Shown piece by piece: positions 10,884 to 22,094 of a stretch of DNA of 64,000 nucleotides. The stretch covers positions 32,001 through 96,000 of the forward strand of contig CAVQMO010000004.1 of assembly GCA_963713605.1 (NCBI GenBank). The letters are read 5' to 3'. The position numbers and the translations under genes are program-made. The number at the start of each line of letters is the position of its first letter. Positions within the stretch are counted from its first letter, which is position 1. Source of the DNA: an uncultured Nitrososphaerales archaeon. GTDB lineage: Archaea; Thermoproteota; Nitrososphaeria; Nitrososphaerales; Nitrososphaeraceae. The notes under the pieces are model-generated. The model was not told the DNA's origin. It ran no database searches and saw nothing but the letters and a program-made list of their open reading frames with translations.

Positions 10884-12014
10884 ATGAAAGGGTATTGTAC
10901 CCAAATAATGCAACACACCCAACACTTTCGTCAAAAAGTTACCACAAATGGTGAAAAAATAATCAAAGCTACGAATGACGGAAGTGAAAAACCGGTAATT
11001 AACAACAGAACATCGACAATAGGATCTAAAAGGATCTTCAATAAACTGCAAGTAAATTACATCAATAATTACAATGCCGTCTTGCAACTTTTGAGAGCTT
11101 TTGTATATTATGTGAAAGCACGATCAAATGTATACATATTTGCCTTTGCTACGCTTATATCACTAATACTGGGATTTCATGGAAATGCAGTAGATTACGG
11201 TATTGCTATTTGTGTAGTGTGTGCTAGTTATTTTATGGCACTTGCAACTTATATTTATAATGACATAGTAGATTTTGAAGTAGATAAAATAAATAAGACA
11301 AATAGACCCTCGATGACTGGAAAAGCTACAAAAAGACAACTTATTATTATAGTATCTGTTTTAAACGGGATTGCATTATTGCTCACATCCCTTGCAAGTT
11401 TAAATGCCTTGTATGTTTCAGTATTGTTTATTTCATTAGGCATTGCGTACTCGCATCCAAGTTTAGGTCTTAAAGAGAAATTTCCTTTGAAAACAGTGGT
11501 AACTGCTGCTGGCGCAGGATTATTATCTCTTTTAGGAGGAACTGCTGCTCTTACTGCAACGAATAGCAATTATGTCGAAAATAATTCTTTCTCCTCTTCA
11601 TCTATGCTACCAATAGTATATGCTGCATTATTCTTTTTTGCTTTCTTTTTTATTTTAGGACCTCTTGGAGATATTGGAGATTTGAAGGGGGATAAAATAG
11701 TTGGTAGACGTACATTTCCAATAGTTCTTGGAATAAGGTCAACTATAACAATAATGCTCTCCGTACCTCTAATAATAATGCTCATGTCAATATCAGTAGC
11801 TTACTATGTTTACGATAACGATATGAAAAATGGAGCCATATTCATGCATCTATCAGGAATATCCCTTATTGTGAGCACTTGTATGGCTACATTGGCGTTT
11901 ATTCTAAGAATAAGCAAAAAAGTGAACGATACATTGACAATCAAGGCCACGAGGCCAAAAATGAGGTTTCTCCATATTTTGCTACAAATTTCATTACTTG
12001 TAACATTCTTATGA
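10884..12014 (+). CDS. UbiA-family prenyltransferase
   Basis: Multi-TM protein with Asp-rich motifs NDIVDFEVDKINKTNRP and DIGDLKGD...GRRTFP; the true start may be downstream. Confidence 0.9.
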   Translation: MKGYCTQIMQHTQHFRQKVTTNGEKIIKATNDGSEKPVINNRTSTIGSKRIFNKLQVNYINNYNAVLQLLRAFVYYVKARSNVYIFAFATLISLILGFHGNAVDYGIAICVVCASYFMALATYIYNDIVDFEVDKINKTNRPSMTGKATKRQLIIIVSVLNGIALLLTSLASLNALYVSVLFISLGIAYSHPSLGLKEKFPLKTVVTAAGAGLLSLLGGTAALTATNSNYVENNSFSSSSMLPIVYAALFFFAFFFILGPLGDIGDLKGDKIVGRRTFPIVLGIRSTITIMLSVPLIIMLMSISVAYYVYDNDMKNGAIFMHLSGISLIVSTCMATLAFILRISKKVNDTLTIKATRPKMRFLHILLQISLLVTFL

Positions 12015-12086
12015 ATATTTGTTAGCCACAAGGAAAGAAAAATAAACCTTGATTTCTCAGATTATATGCACAAAATTCACTGGATA

Positions 12087-13088
12087 TTACTGTACTGCTT
12101 TTTGTACGCTGCTGCCATAACTGGTGTGATTCGGTACTTCTTCTGTATTATGAGTGTATGAAGAAGAAGTAAAAGAAGTGTTAGTCCATATTTCATAGTA
12201 GAGCTCCTGCATTATTTTTAAAGTCTTTTCATCCCCTTTGATGAAGATCACACCATAGAAATCCTTTGGATCATTCCAGTTGACTATTTCTATAGCTACT
12301 TCATTGTCGTCTAATATAATCATGCTAAATGGAATACTAGCTATCCTTCTACTTACTTTGCCTGGATACCACGGATTGGACACAACATTCATCCGCTCAC
12401 TAGTGTTTTTGTCATTATCTCTTAACTTTAAAGTCTTACCTTCTGCTTCAAAATATTGCTTAACCAGATTTGAGTCAGTTAGTACTTTAACATCGATTCC
12501 TGAAGAGTTTGCTTTGCGGAGTATACTGTTGATTATTATTTCATTAAGGTACCTACTTGCAAGCAGGATTTCATTCTTGCAGAATTCGATCCTTTCGACC
12601 ATTGCTGATACCATGTCCTGATATGTCCATACAAATTCGATTTTTATTGATGATGCGTTTGAATCTGTTGGGATACTGATTTTATTACCTGTAACCCTCC
12701 TAACAAAATTAGCAATCTCATCTTTAGAGAATTGTTTAGTATGCTTCAAAGTATCAACCATTTTCATCTGTTTTATATTTTTTAACTCTTCTATTAAGCT
12801 GAGAATATGATTTTGATAAATTATATTTCCGAGTGTTGTGTGTTTATAAACGCCGTCAGATTTTTCAACTAAACCTGCATTTATTAGCTGTTTTAATCTA
12901 GTATAGTATACTTTCTTTGATATCCCAAGCTTTTGTATGGTAGATGATTTGGCCTCAAGACCTTCATTATTATTACTATCACCATCTGCAAGCATAAAAA
13001 TACTCAAATTATCTTTCCTTGACAAGATAGAAAGTAACTTTGCCGAGTTTTTGACTGAATGAGGATCAATAAGAGCATTTCTAACCAT
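12087..13088 (-). CDS. wHTH regulator with C-terminal TrmB/PLD-like domain
   Basis: YYTRLKQLINAGLVEK...TTLGNIIY; C-terminal FSMIILDDNEVAIE. Confidence 0.75.
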   Translation of the reverse strand: MVRNALIDPHSVKNSAKLLSILSRKDNLSIFMLADGDSNNNEGLEAKSSTIQKLGISKKVYYTRLKQLINAGLVEKSDGVYKHTTLGNIIYQNHILSLIEELKNIKQMKMVDTLKHTKQFSKDEIANFVRRVTGNKISIPTDSNASSIKIEFVWTYQDMVSAMVERIEFCKNEILLASRYLNEIIINSILRKANSSGIDVKVLTDSNLVKQYFEAEGKTLKLRDNDKNTSERMNVVSNPWYPGKVSRRIASIPFSMIILDDNEVAIEIVNWNDPKDFYGVIFIKGDEKTLKIMQELYYEIWTNTSFTSSSYTHNTEEVPNHTSYGSSVQKAVQ

Positions 13089-13518
13089 TAGACACAGAAT
13101 ATTAGAATCTTTTTATATATATATTTTTTATGATTTTATGATACATTCGCTATATTCCCTTAGAATGAAAAAGATTTAGCAACTGAATCAAATTTGTTGT
13201 TAGACTCTTCTCATACTACTTCTCTTCATGCTGTAACTCATCCTATAGATTTATCTTAACTAATATTTGCTATAACTTTGAATAGAATATCAGAAGGTTA
13301 TTTCAATTATTTATGATAATAATCTTAATGTAACATCACTAGTGATATGAACTATATTCTAACTACGGTAAATCATGTAAACTAGGTATGATGAACTAGT
13401 ATTCAAGTCCAAGTACAAATTTTCAAAATAGAAGGGGTGTTAGTGTTAATTCAAAGATATATCTTTTTTTGCTAGTTTTCATGTACTCCTTGTCTTTTTC
13501 CCCCATATCTTTCTCTTT

Positions 13519-13941
13519 GACTTTCATTCTCCCAAGTACATCATTTGCTTGTTTGATCTGCTTGATTTCTGATGCTGTACTTTATTACCTTTCCTGCACA
13601 TGTGTCGCACATGTGTCACAGTATTTTTCTATGAGGATAGCTCCATCACCTACAGCGAATAATGCTTCCTGTGTGGCCTTGTTACCGCAGGCTACACAGA
13701 ATTTTGTCTTATCACTATGATCAACAAATGCCCTTAACATTGAAAATATTCTTTCCATTCTATTCTTTCACCCTTACGAAGGTTTCGTTGATTGTATTTC
13801 TTGGCAATACTGCAATCATCGCATCTGCAGCAACTATGAATTTCGGATTGTTTCTCATCGTTATATGTAGTTATCATACATATAAGAACTTGTACTCCAT
13901 AATAACTAAACTGAGCCTATTACTGACTAGAGTATGCTATA
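13519..13941. repeat. Direct repeat copy 2 (matches 1-423)
   Basis: Offset 13518 from copy 1. Confidence 0.95.
13585..13758 (-). CDS. Small CxxC...CxxC protein, second copy
   Basis: Same sequence as 67-240. Confidence 0.65.
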   Translation of the reverse strand: MERIFSMLRAFVDHSDKTKFCVACGNKATQEALFAVGDGAILIEKYCDTCATHVQER

Positions 13942-14225
13942 TCGAGGGGGAGGTAAATATTGAAAGAAAAAGGATGCGAGAGAATTAGGTTATCTGCTTA
14001 CTAATTCTGTCCGTCAGATGCTTCTTCATTGTTGCTATCCCCATTGTCTAAGTCTTCACTATCTTCCGCTGGCGGCGATTGTGGTTCCTCCTCCGCTGGC
14101 GCTACAGGCTCACAGTTAGGAAGTGTTCCTGTAGTTCCTTCTGGGCATTCTTCAGATAGAGGTGAAGCCAAGCCTTGTGGTCTCACAATTAGGGGGAATT
14201 CCTGTAAATCCTTCTTTACACCCCA

Positions 14226-16796
14226 TTATAGTTTGACAGGTGTATAAACAACCTGTCTATTACCATTTTCATCACTCTTTAGAGTAATCGAATGATAATC
14301 ACCAAATTCCGTTTCCGTATGAGTTACAAGGAAGATCTGTTTGAAGCTTATAGCCTGAGTAAGCATACTAACTAGGATCTTTCTTCTGGTTGAATCCAAA
14401 CTTGCCATTGGTTCATCCATTATTATAGAATTAATTATTGGTGGCTTCCTCTCTGAGTTCTTGAAGGGCTTTATCCTTGCCATCAACTTGGACATTGCAA
14501 TTCTTAATGCCAGTCCTAGAGCAGTTTCATCGCCTCCGCTTAACTGATCTTTATTCTTTATTACATTGTCCTTACTATCCATAAGTGTTATTTCCAATCC
14601 ATGAGATTCCATACCTCCTCTCACTCTTCTTATGGTGGAAGAAATTTTATCTATAGCATAGCGACCTTCTGTGAGCTGTGCCATGTAATCGTTTGTAGCA
14701 TGTCTTAATACTCCTACCATTTTTCCTTCCACTACATAGTTTGAAATGAATCCGTCGATCTCACCTCGTAAATATTTTACGTGTCGTAATTCATTCTCTT
14801 TATCAGATAAAATTCTTACTTTTTGCGAGAGCTTCTTTATATTAGATTCCCTATTTTTTATGTCATCTTTTAATGCCGAGGCTTGCTTAGTAAGTATGTC
14901 TAAGAATCTTCTCTTGGCACCAAGACTATTTTCCATAGTTTTCCTTTTAATAATAATTTCATCAATAGTGTTGCAATGTAGATTTTTTAATAAATCATCT
15001 AGACTTGTAACCAAAAGTTCTTGCAGATATTCTTGCAGCTTACTCTTCAATTGGTCAATATCATTAACTATATTTTTCTTTAGATTTTCTAATTTTGATA
15101 GCTCATTTCCATACTTCTTGTACTGTATATTTTCTTCATCTATCTGTTCTTTGATTCGGTGTATCTCCTTTCTATAATACTCTATTTCCAATCTTAGACT
15201 TGTTCTTTCTGAAATGACGTCGCGGACTGTCGAAAAACCCAGAAATGACAGGAGATCCTCGATTGATTTTGTATGATGTAAATCAAGTATGGAGCGAGCA
15301 TTTTTTCTGTGATTTATAAGACTATCACAAAGTGGAAGCATATTTTGTAATACGACTTTAGTTTTGTTTTTGGTGTCTAGCTTCTTGTGTACTTCATCAT
15401 GTTCATCCTTTGCTTGTTTAACCTGAAAATTGACATTATCATAATCAGAGTCTATTTCTCTTATTTCGTTACCTAATTCTGTTACCATCTTTCCTTTGTC
15501 ATCGACTGATTTGTTACAGACAGGACATTTCATCCTCTCTACGATATACTTTATGCTATTCTTTTTTATGCCAGAAATGACTTCGTTAGATATTAGAATC
15601 TGATTCAAATACTCAATATTATTATGTAAAGTATTCTCATATTTTTCTAAACTTTTTACTACATTAGATATTTCTTGTAACTGATTATTCATCTGTTCTG
15701 GCTGAGAAACTGGATCAAAATTTAAGGTAATTGAAGAACGCTCTACAACTTGCTTAATTTGATTTTCATATGTTTTTATCCCCATAAATAATCTATCCAA
15801 TTGCAGTAGATTTTCATCGTTTGGAAGACTCTCTAAGGCCTGTTGTACAACAGCTTTCTGATCGTCTAGATCCTTCATGGATATTTTTAAGGTGTCTATT
15901 CTCTCATCCTGACTTGTTACGTAATAGGTCTTTTCCACTAAGGAACTATTAACTAATGCAAGCTCATTATTTTTGTTTGTTATATCCATATCGTTGTTCT
16001 TAATCCTCCTCAGTGTGTCCTCAGATGGCAAATTCGAAAGACTTTCGAGAGTTTTATTCAAGTCAGATTCAGATTCAATGCATTCTTTTTCTTTGACTCC
16101 TAATTCATTTTCTCTCTTGATAAGTTCCGCCTTTTCAATAGCAAGAACTCCAACCTCTTCTTTTAGTAAATTGATAGAGTCTTGAAGATCTGTGCTAAGT
16201 TTCGAGAGATCGTTTTTGACCCTATCGAATTCATCAAGTCCAAAAAGTGTAGTGATTAACCTCCTTAATTCTACTGGATCTGCTAATGCTAGTCTGTCTA
16301 CATCCTTTTGTCTAACATATACCGTCTTTTCAATTATAGAAGCACTAACTCCTAACATCCGTTCAACTTCTTCGTTAACCGATCTGGGCCTATTAACTAT
16401 CACAGTAAATTTATCATCCTCATCAATATCATGTTCGTTCACTTTTTTAGATAAGACAGCGTCTTCATTAAAATCAATTTCACCTTTTTGAGTTCTTGAT
16501 CTCTTGATTGTAAGTTTTCTTACTATCCGATATATGGTTCCTCCAAGATCAAAAGTGACATCGATCTTGCAACTTGATTCACCAGCTTTAACAAGTGTTT
16601 TTCGTTGCTGATCTTCTATCAATTCGTCACCCAGAAGGCCCCATAATATTGCTTGAATGAAGCTAGTCTTACCCATAGAGTTGTTACCAGTTATAACGAA
16701 TAGGCCTTCAGGAAACTCTGGATCCTGAGGATCATCAGGAAGCAGCACATTTGTATATGGTTTAAAGTTCTCGATTTCGATTCTCAATATCTTCAA
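14226..16796 (-). CDS. rad50: Rad50/SbcC SMC-family ATPase
   Basis: Walker A GNNSMGKTS, Q-loop YVRQ, central CPVC zinc hook within coiled coils, signature LSGGD, Walker B IIMDEP, H-loop LVTH. Confidence 0.95.
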   Translation of the reverse strand: MKILRIEIENFKPYTNVLLPDDPQDPEFPEGLFVITGNNSMGKTSFIQAILWGLLGDELIEDQQRKTLVKAGESSCKIDVTFDLGGTIYRIVRKLTIKRSRTQKGEIDFNEDAVLSKKVNEHDIDEDDKFTVIVNRPRSVNEEVERMLGVSASIIEKTVYVRQKDVDRLALADPVELRRLITTLFGLDEFDRVKNDLSKLSTDLQDSINLLKEEVGVLAIEKAELIKRENELGVKEKECIESESDLNKTLESLSNLPSEDTLRRIKNNDMDITNKNNELALVNSSLVEKTYYVTSQDERIDTLKISMKDLDDQKAVVQQALESLPNDENLLQLDRLFMGIKTYENQIKQVVERSSITLNFDPVSQPEQMNNQLQEISNVVKSLEKYENTLHNNIEYLNQILISNEVISGIKKNSIKYIVERMKCPVCNKSVDDKGKMVTELGNEIREIDSDYDNVNFQVKQAKDEHDEVHKKLDTKNKTKVVLQNMLPLCDSLINHRKNARSILDLHHTKSIEDLLSFLGFSTVRDVISERTSLRLEIEYYRKEIHRIKEQIDEENIQYKKYGNELSKLENLKKNIVNDIDQLKSKLQEYLQELLVTSLDDLLKNLHCNTIDEIIIKRKTMENSLGAKRRFLDILTKQASALKDDIKNRESNIKKLSQKVRILSDKENELRHVKYLRGEIDGFISNYVVEGKMVGVLRHATNDYMAQLTEGRYAIDKISSTIRRVRGGMESHGLEITLMDSKDNVIKNKDQLSGGDETALGLALRIAMSKLMARIKPFKNSERKPPIINSIIMDEPMASLDSTRRKILVSMLTQAISFKQIFLVTHTETEFGDYHSITLKSDENGNRQVVYTPVKL

Positions 16797-16799
16797 AAA

Positions 16800-18116
16800 T
16801 CAATTATTGCCTCTTTCTATCGCTGAGGTGTCATTAGTTTTCTCTGAACTACGATTAAGTACTTTTGCAAATATCTTCGCTAATAAATTCGGATCCAAAT
16901 TTTGCTTTTCCAAATCTTTGTTTCTCATAATAGTTACATACTCTTTGAATTCCTTTTGAGGATCCTCTATCAGGAATTCTATATTATCAGCCAATGATTG
17001 GTCGTCGATGTTTTCTTGTTTGATATATTCAGGATAGTTTGGCCGATCTAGGATGAACTCAACAATATTGTAATCATTTGAATCTAAGGCTAGCTTTCTC
17101 AGGGCTGATTCCACCTCACCAATATTGAATGACGATCCATATGTTTTCTTACCCTTCAGAATGATTTTTACCCTTGCAGCAGTTGAATATTCATATCGTG
17201 TATTAAGCCCATGGGCATCAAAAGTATTTCTAACCCTCTTTATTATCTGGAAATTTGTATCCTCTGGGTAAATTTCAACTATATCAAAAATGATCCTTCT
17301 ATTTGATTGAATTTTCTTGGTAGTAATCCTTGGAGATGAATTTCCTTGTTCTAATTCGACCATAAGATATCCTTTTTCAGTATTAATCTCACTGAAATTC
17401 CATAATTCGGTTGACCCCGAATACCAGGCATGATCCGCCACCTTACGCATTTTGTGATCATCTCCCAGTGCAATGTACTGATAACTGCCTTTTAGAAAAT
17501 CTTCATGTAGTGTAGAATTCTCGATCATACCATGCGCCATGGCTATATTTATCAAATCAGAAGAAATAGAGTTATTCTGAACTTGAATCCAGTTTTTATA
17601 TATGGATTGCATACCCAGTGTGGACAGCGCCCGAGACTCAATTGAGGGATGCGTAATCACCCTCAGATTCAGATTATTAATGTCAATGAATAGAGGCTGT
17701 TGTGTTCTTAATGAGTCTCTTGCATCATAATGTGTGAATAAGTGGATATTATCGAAGGCAACTGGAAATACAGATAGAGTTGAACTACGATATTCCATGT
17801 ATCGTCCATGATTACCATCTATTATAATCAGAGGAATATTTGCATCATATAATTGCTTGAATGTCATTGCAGCAATTTTTCGTGCATACTCAGGAGGAGG
17901 ACTAGGATCGTAGCCAGCAGGGGTGTCAAAGAAGTCTCCGCAGTGTAGTATGACATCTGGCCTATTTCTAGCCTTATCTACTATTTCATTGACAAACTTG
18001 ATCCAAGCAGAGTGGAAGTCGTCTTCCAGTGGTCTTACTTCTTGGTTTACGATCCCAGAACGTGTTTGTCGAGGCCGACGACCAAGATGGGTATCAGAAA
18101 TATGTGCAATTTTCAT
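16800..18116 (-). CDS. mre11: Mre11/SbcD nuclease
   Basis: Phosphoesterase motifs SDTH, GDFFD, GNH, AHG, LGDDH, YSGS; lies 3 bp upstream of rad50. Confidence 0.92.
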   Translation of the reverse strand: MKIAHISDTHLGRRPRQTRSGIVNQEVRPLEDDFHSAWIKFVNEIVDKARNRPDVILHCGDFFDTPAGYDPSPPPEYARKIAAMTFKQLYDANIPLIIIDGNHGRYMEYRSSTLSVFPVAFDNIHLFTHYDARDSLRTQQPLFIDINNLNLRVITHPSIESRALSTLGMQSIYKNWIQVQNNSISSDLINIAMAHGMIENSTLHEDFLKGSYQYIALGDDHKMRKVADHAWYSGSTELWNFSEINTEKGYLMVELEQGNSSPRITTKKIQSNRRIIFDIVEIYPEDTNFQIIKRVRNTFDAHGLNTRYEYSTAARVKIILKGKKTYGSSFNIGEVESALRKLALDSNDYNIVEFILDRPNYPEYIKQENIDDQSLADNIEFLIEDPQKEFKEYVTIMRNKDLEKQNLDPNLLAKIFAKVLNRSSEKTNDTSAIERGNN

Positions 18117-18322
18117 GGCCGTAACCTTCGATGTATATCAATGTTCTTGATGTGAGGTATTTGAACTTGTATCTTCATTAGTAGAGCTGATATACCAAGA
18201 AGTATCCTATACTTACTTTAACTCTTGCCTTTGACAACGGCTAAATTATAACAGCCAGCTCCGTCCATATTGCTGCTAATCTTAGAATCTGAAGAGCATC
18301 AACTATAATCATTTAATGTTAC

Positions 18323-18622
18323 TCAAGAAGGCGCATGTCGTCTATCTTTGATTTCTTGAGGAGTGATTATTGAAATACTGCCATTAGCGGCAGTTGTATC
18401 TGTTGAATTTGTTGTTGGAGCAGAAATATTGGAGCTCAAGATTGAGTTACTACCTTCACTACTTATGGTACTGTTTGGAGTTGATACAGCTAATGCAGTA
18501 TTTAAGTCAAGTAATGGATCATTTGTTTCTAATTGTAAAAATTCTCCAGCAGAAAATAAAAGTGATACAAGAAAAATTCCTGTAAGCAAGATAAACGCAA
18601 TATACTTGTTGGATAACAGCAT
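18323..18622 (-). CDS. Secreted S/T-rich protein (probably truncated)
   Basis: Signal-like N-terminus followed by an S/T/N-rich linker. Confidence 0.45.
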   Translation of the reverse strand: MLLSNKYIAFILLTGIFLVSLLFSAGEFLQLETNDPLLDLNTALAVSTPNSTISSEGSNSILSSNISAPTTNSTDTTAANGSISIITPQEIKDRRHAPS

Positions 18623-18711
18623 ATTGTATATTATAAGGGAAAAATATTTATGCTTTTATGAATAATCGTTAAAGTCTTATATTCTAATATACTTCGACAA
18701 TATGAATGTGT

Positions 18712-18802
18712 TATTTATTTACTGTTGATGGAGTATTTATTGTACTGTTGATGGAGTATTTATTTGTACTGTTGATGGAGTATTTATTGACTGTTGATGG
18801 AG
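18712..18802. repeat. Tandem repeat, four units of 22-24 bp
   Basis: ACTGTTGATGGAG at 18721, 18744, 18768 and 18790, separated by near-identical TATTTATT(T)G linkers. Confidence 0.9.
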
Positions 18803-19050
18803 GCTATTATTCGTATTATTCCTCTACATGATAATAACATCAACTGAGATACATACACATTTTATGTAGCCAGAAATCTAGGAAGATGCATTATGAAATG
18901 AGTTATAGTTTTTGCCAAAATAGTATAGCCTACTACAATAGAAAGATTGATGATTTCTTAAATATCATGAATACATTCTAAATCCCTTAGAATATGAGAG
19001 TTTAATACATTGTTAGATAACTATATCAATTTTATATTGGATGGTCTTGT

Positions 19051-19353
19051 ATGACAAAAGTCATACAAAAAATTGTGAAGACGCCAATGGTGATGATGGT
19101 GGTCTTAATGGCAACAGCGGCAGTAGTTACAGCATCGATTCCGTATACTACAACTGAAAATACGTATGCAAAAAGTCCAGCTGCAAATACCGACAACGTG
19201 AAAGTTAAGCAATGCGTACAAGAAGAGATAGACGGATCTCCCCCAGGAAGCCTTTGCGGTCCGAGTGAACGGAGTATTGACGAAGATGATGTAGATGAGA
19301 TCTTTGATGATAGATTAGATGGAATATCAGTACCCTTACCACCGCCATCGTAA
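19051..19353 (+). CDS. Small secreted protein
   Basis: Hydrophobic N-terminus, Cys pair, acidic tail; a T-run follows the stop. Confidence 0.6.
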   Translation: MTKVIQKIVKTPMVMMVVLMATAAVVTASIPYTTTENTYAKSPAANTDNVKVKQCVQEEIDGSPPGSLCGPSERSIDEDDVDEIFDDRLDGISVPLPPPS

Positions 19354-19412
19354 CCATCCAATATTTTTTTTGTTATTTTTGTTTCTCATTCATATCGCCA
19401 TGAGTCGTGTTT

Positions 19413-19476
19413 ATCTGTCACATCAATTGAGGTAGGACCCACTTCACTTTCCTCCATCGGTTTATTCATCTCTTCA
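19413..19476 (-). repeat. Diverged 64-bp copy of the 5' end of the 7259-7795 gene
   Basis: Aligns with 7727-7790 with a few substitutions. Confidence 0.8.
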
Positions 19477-19947
19477 TGTTCTTTATAGTTCCAATAATAG
19501 ATGTAATAGAAAATTGGATCATCTTCAATAACATTATTAATAATGATCCTATTTCTATGGAATCTGATGTAGCTATGATAGATAGAATGATAGGCGGAAA
19601 AGTATGAAGGTACTAGCTATATTTCAAAGCCAACAACTATGAAAGAATTAAATGAACATGTAGATCATTTGTTGCAGGAAAAATGTAACAGTTATAGAAT
19701 AGCTCTTGACCTGCCTGGTAGTAACTTGGCTGAAGTAAATAAGTAAATAGGCATGATTCCCCTTGCTATAACTCATCTGGTTTGAAGGAACGTTTAATTT
19801 CTCATACATGTCTAAATATATTCTAAATATCTCTCATAATGCTAAGAATAAGTATTACTCGGTGATGATAAGGGCTAATCTAATAGGTTTTCTATTGACA
19901 AAAATAAAAGGGGATGAAGTCAGTTTCAGTATTTCCGTGAATGCTAC

Positions 19948-20220
19948 TTACGGCACCAGTATATTGCCGATCTCTGGGAATGTTTGATCTGCTGCTAAGG
20001 CTACTCCGTTCTCGTCACCTTGAACCTGTGATCCAATGTTCTGACATCCGACGTTCAGCGGTAGTTCACCATTTCCACAAGCATTTGCTTGTGCGATCAC
20101 TTGGTTCTTCTCATATCTCTTCTTGCCATCTGCAAATGCACTGTCTGCTGTTGCAAGTGCTGTTGCTCCGACCAGCATGGCTGTCATTGCTGCTACGATT
20201 ACCAAATATTTGGTGTTCAT
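19948..20220 (-). CDS. Small secreted protein (QANxCGNG...CQN family)
   Basis: Signal peptide ending SAFA, then QANACGNGELPLNVGCQNIGSQVQGDEN. Confidence 0.75.
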   Translation of the reverse strand: MNTKYLVIVAAMTAMLVGATALATADSAFADGKKRYEKNQVIAQANACGNGELPLNVGCQNIGSQVQGDENGVALAADQTFPEIGNILVP

Positions 20221-20313
20221 AATTGGTATCAGAGTAGAAGTTTTGTATTTACATTAGGCAAGTTCAAACGCTCTCATAAATCTGATATTTTTTCTATTAG
20301 AACGAACGAGAAG

Positions 20314-20511
20314 CTAACGCATAGCCAAACTTTCTTCTTCAGACCATGCTCGTCTAAGAGGTATAATTTTTTTATTATCTTCATTCCACCATCTAATCAT
20401 GCCATTACATTTGCGGCATCGCAATTCTATTCTCGAACCGATTATCACAAATTTGGCTGTATTGGAATTAGTCATTAGCCGATCACAAATGCATTCTTTA
20501 GTCTGTGGCAT
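20314..20511 (-). CDS. Small zinc-ribbon-like protein
   Basis: CIC and CRKC motifs in 65 aa. Confidence 0.45.
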   Translation of the reverse strand: MPQTKECICDRLMTNSNTAKFVIIGSRIELRCRKCNGMIRWWNEDNKKIIPLRRAWSEEESLAMR

Positions 20512-20771
20512 GTACTAACTGCATAATACCGAAGAAATAGTTAATACTAAATCCGATCCTCATGACTATTAGAAGAGTATTGATATTAGTACTTGTCAGA
20601 TTTGATAAGATAGCGATCTAATCTCTGCAGAACTTGATTTACAGTAATCCAAATGGTCCACACAACAATAATAGATATTAAGAAGGTAGAAACTCTCCAC
20701 AACGAACATGATCAAAGTCACACATGAGCTGAATTGTGTCAGTTAGATTCCTATTGTTAGAATCTATTACT

Positions 20772-21110
20772 TTATGATATTAGCGGTTTTGTTCTATCAT
20801 ATCTTTCGTAATGGCCAAGACTATTCAAATCCAATTCTTTCAAATCTTTCTGGTTTTTCATCTGGTATCCTAATGCAATTATGTCTATCGGCTTAACATG
20901 TACTGGTAGTCCAATAATTTTTGTAACTTTATTATCTTCAAATGCTCTAACAAAACTAGCTCCAATACCTTCATTAATTGCACTCAATAATATAATCATG
21001 AAAGCAAATGCACCATCGATAACGCTGTAGGATTCTGTGCCTCTTTTTCTGTACCTATTAACAGATCTTGATGTGTTTGAACATATAACTATTAGAACAG
21101 GCATCCTCAA
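20772..21110 (-). pseudogene. Nitroreductase family C-terminal fragment
   Basis: SVIDGAFAFMIILLSAINEGIGASFV...IGLPVHVKPIDIIALGY; N-terminus missing. Confidence 0.7.
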
Positions 21111-21421
21111 CTTGACGTTGTCCTAGAAAATAGTAGTGAAAGTTCGAGGACTTGCCAGTGCTAGGATTCTTCTCAAGACTCATATGATTCTCTCCTTTCT
21201 AGGCCTTCCTTCCAAGTTTGCTTGTTATTAAACCAAACCTCCATATCTATTTAACACAAGCCATTAGTAGTAATTTCGGTATGATTATGCCCTTTAATTC
21301 GTGACGGATCACTAATCTGACTTGACAAGTAGCCTACTGTAAACTTTGATTTGATTCCGTATGTTGATGTGTTTTGACATGAGCATGGATGTATGAGCTG
21401 AAAAGAAAAAAAGAGTTTACG

Positions 21422-21694
21422 CTATTTGACTTCAGCCTCTGCTGCTATTTTACTCAATGCGTCTTCTGTCGTCTTCTGGAAGCTGTCTATTGCGAAACCC
21501 TTTCCAAGAAGAGGAATACCAGACAAGTCAATTTCCCAGACCGCATCAACCTTCGTGGTTGCATTATTTTCAGCAGATGGACTCAATGTAAGCAATCTAC
21601 TACCTGTGACAGGTCCTTCTGTGATATTTGTTTGTACTACAAATTGTTCTGGATCTACATTTACAAATTGGTGTTGACCAACAGTTTGCTTCAT
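21422..21694 (-). pseudogene. SRPBCC/polyketide-cyclase-like C-terminal fragment
   Basis: NITEGPVTGSRLLTLSP...TKVDAVWEIDLSGIP...TEDALSKIA. Confidence 0.55.
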
Positions 21695-22094
21695 GGTTCC
21701 AATACCATATTGTCTGCTCTAAATATAGCGATTGGCCCTGAATTAATAACTGTATTGTCTTTAGGCTTTCCGCAATGTGCACTATAGAATTCTGCATCAG
21801 GAGTACGTGCATACCAACCTCCACTATCCACAAAATCGGTAACCTTGTCCAATTTCCATCATTGTTGATATCAAGGTATGATTCCAACATCCTTGTAGCA
21901 GTTATGTTACCAATTTCTATATTATACATATCATCTCTTCTCAGTATAACTTCCGATCCACCAGATCGATTTCTTCCAACCGACAGTGCCATCAGGATGA
22001 AGGCCACCAAAATATGCTGTACCTTCGCTGGGTACCTCATCATTACGTTTTCCTTCACGTGAGTACCACTCCCCTCTAAGGAAGTTAATAGCAT
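21695..22094 (-). pseudogene. Decayed fragment of a secreted beta-rich hypothetical protein
   Basis: Alternating frames give EGTAYFGGLHPDGTVGWKK and DSGGWYART...CGKPKD...GPIAIFRADN. Confidence 0.45.

Noticed and set aside
14746..16491. Plus-strand ORFs inside rad50 (similar ones inside UbiA, mre11, SDR and nurA)
   Set aside because: Antisense shadows of well-supported genes.
18712..18802. Possible mini-CRISPR (13-bp repeat, four copies)
   Set aside because: Intervening sequences are 9-11 bp and near-identical, so this is a simple tandem repeat; no cas genes are present.
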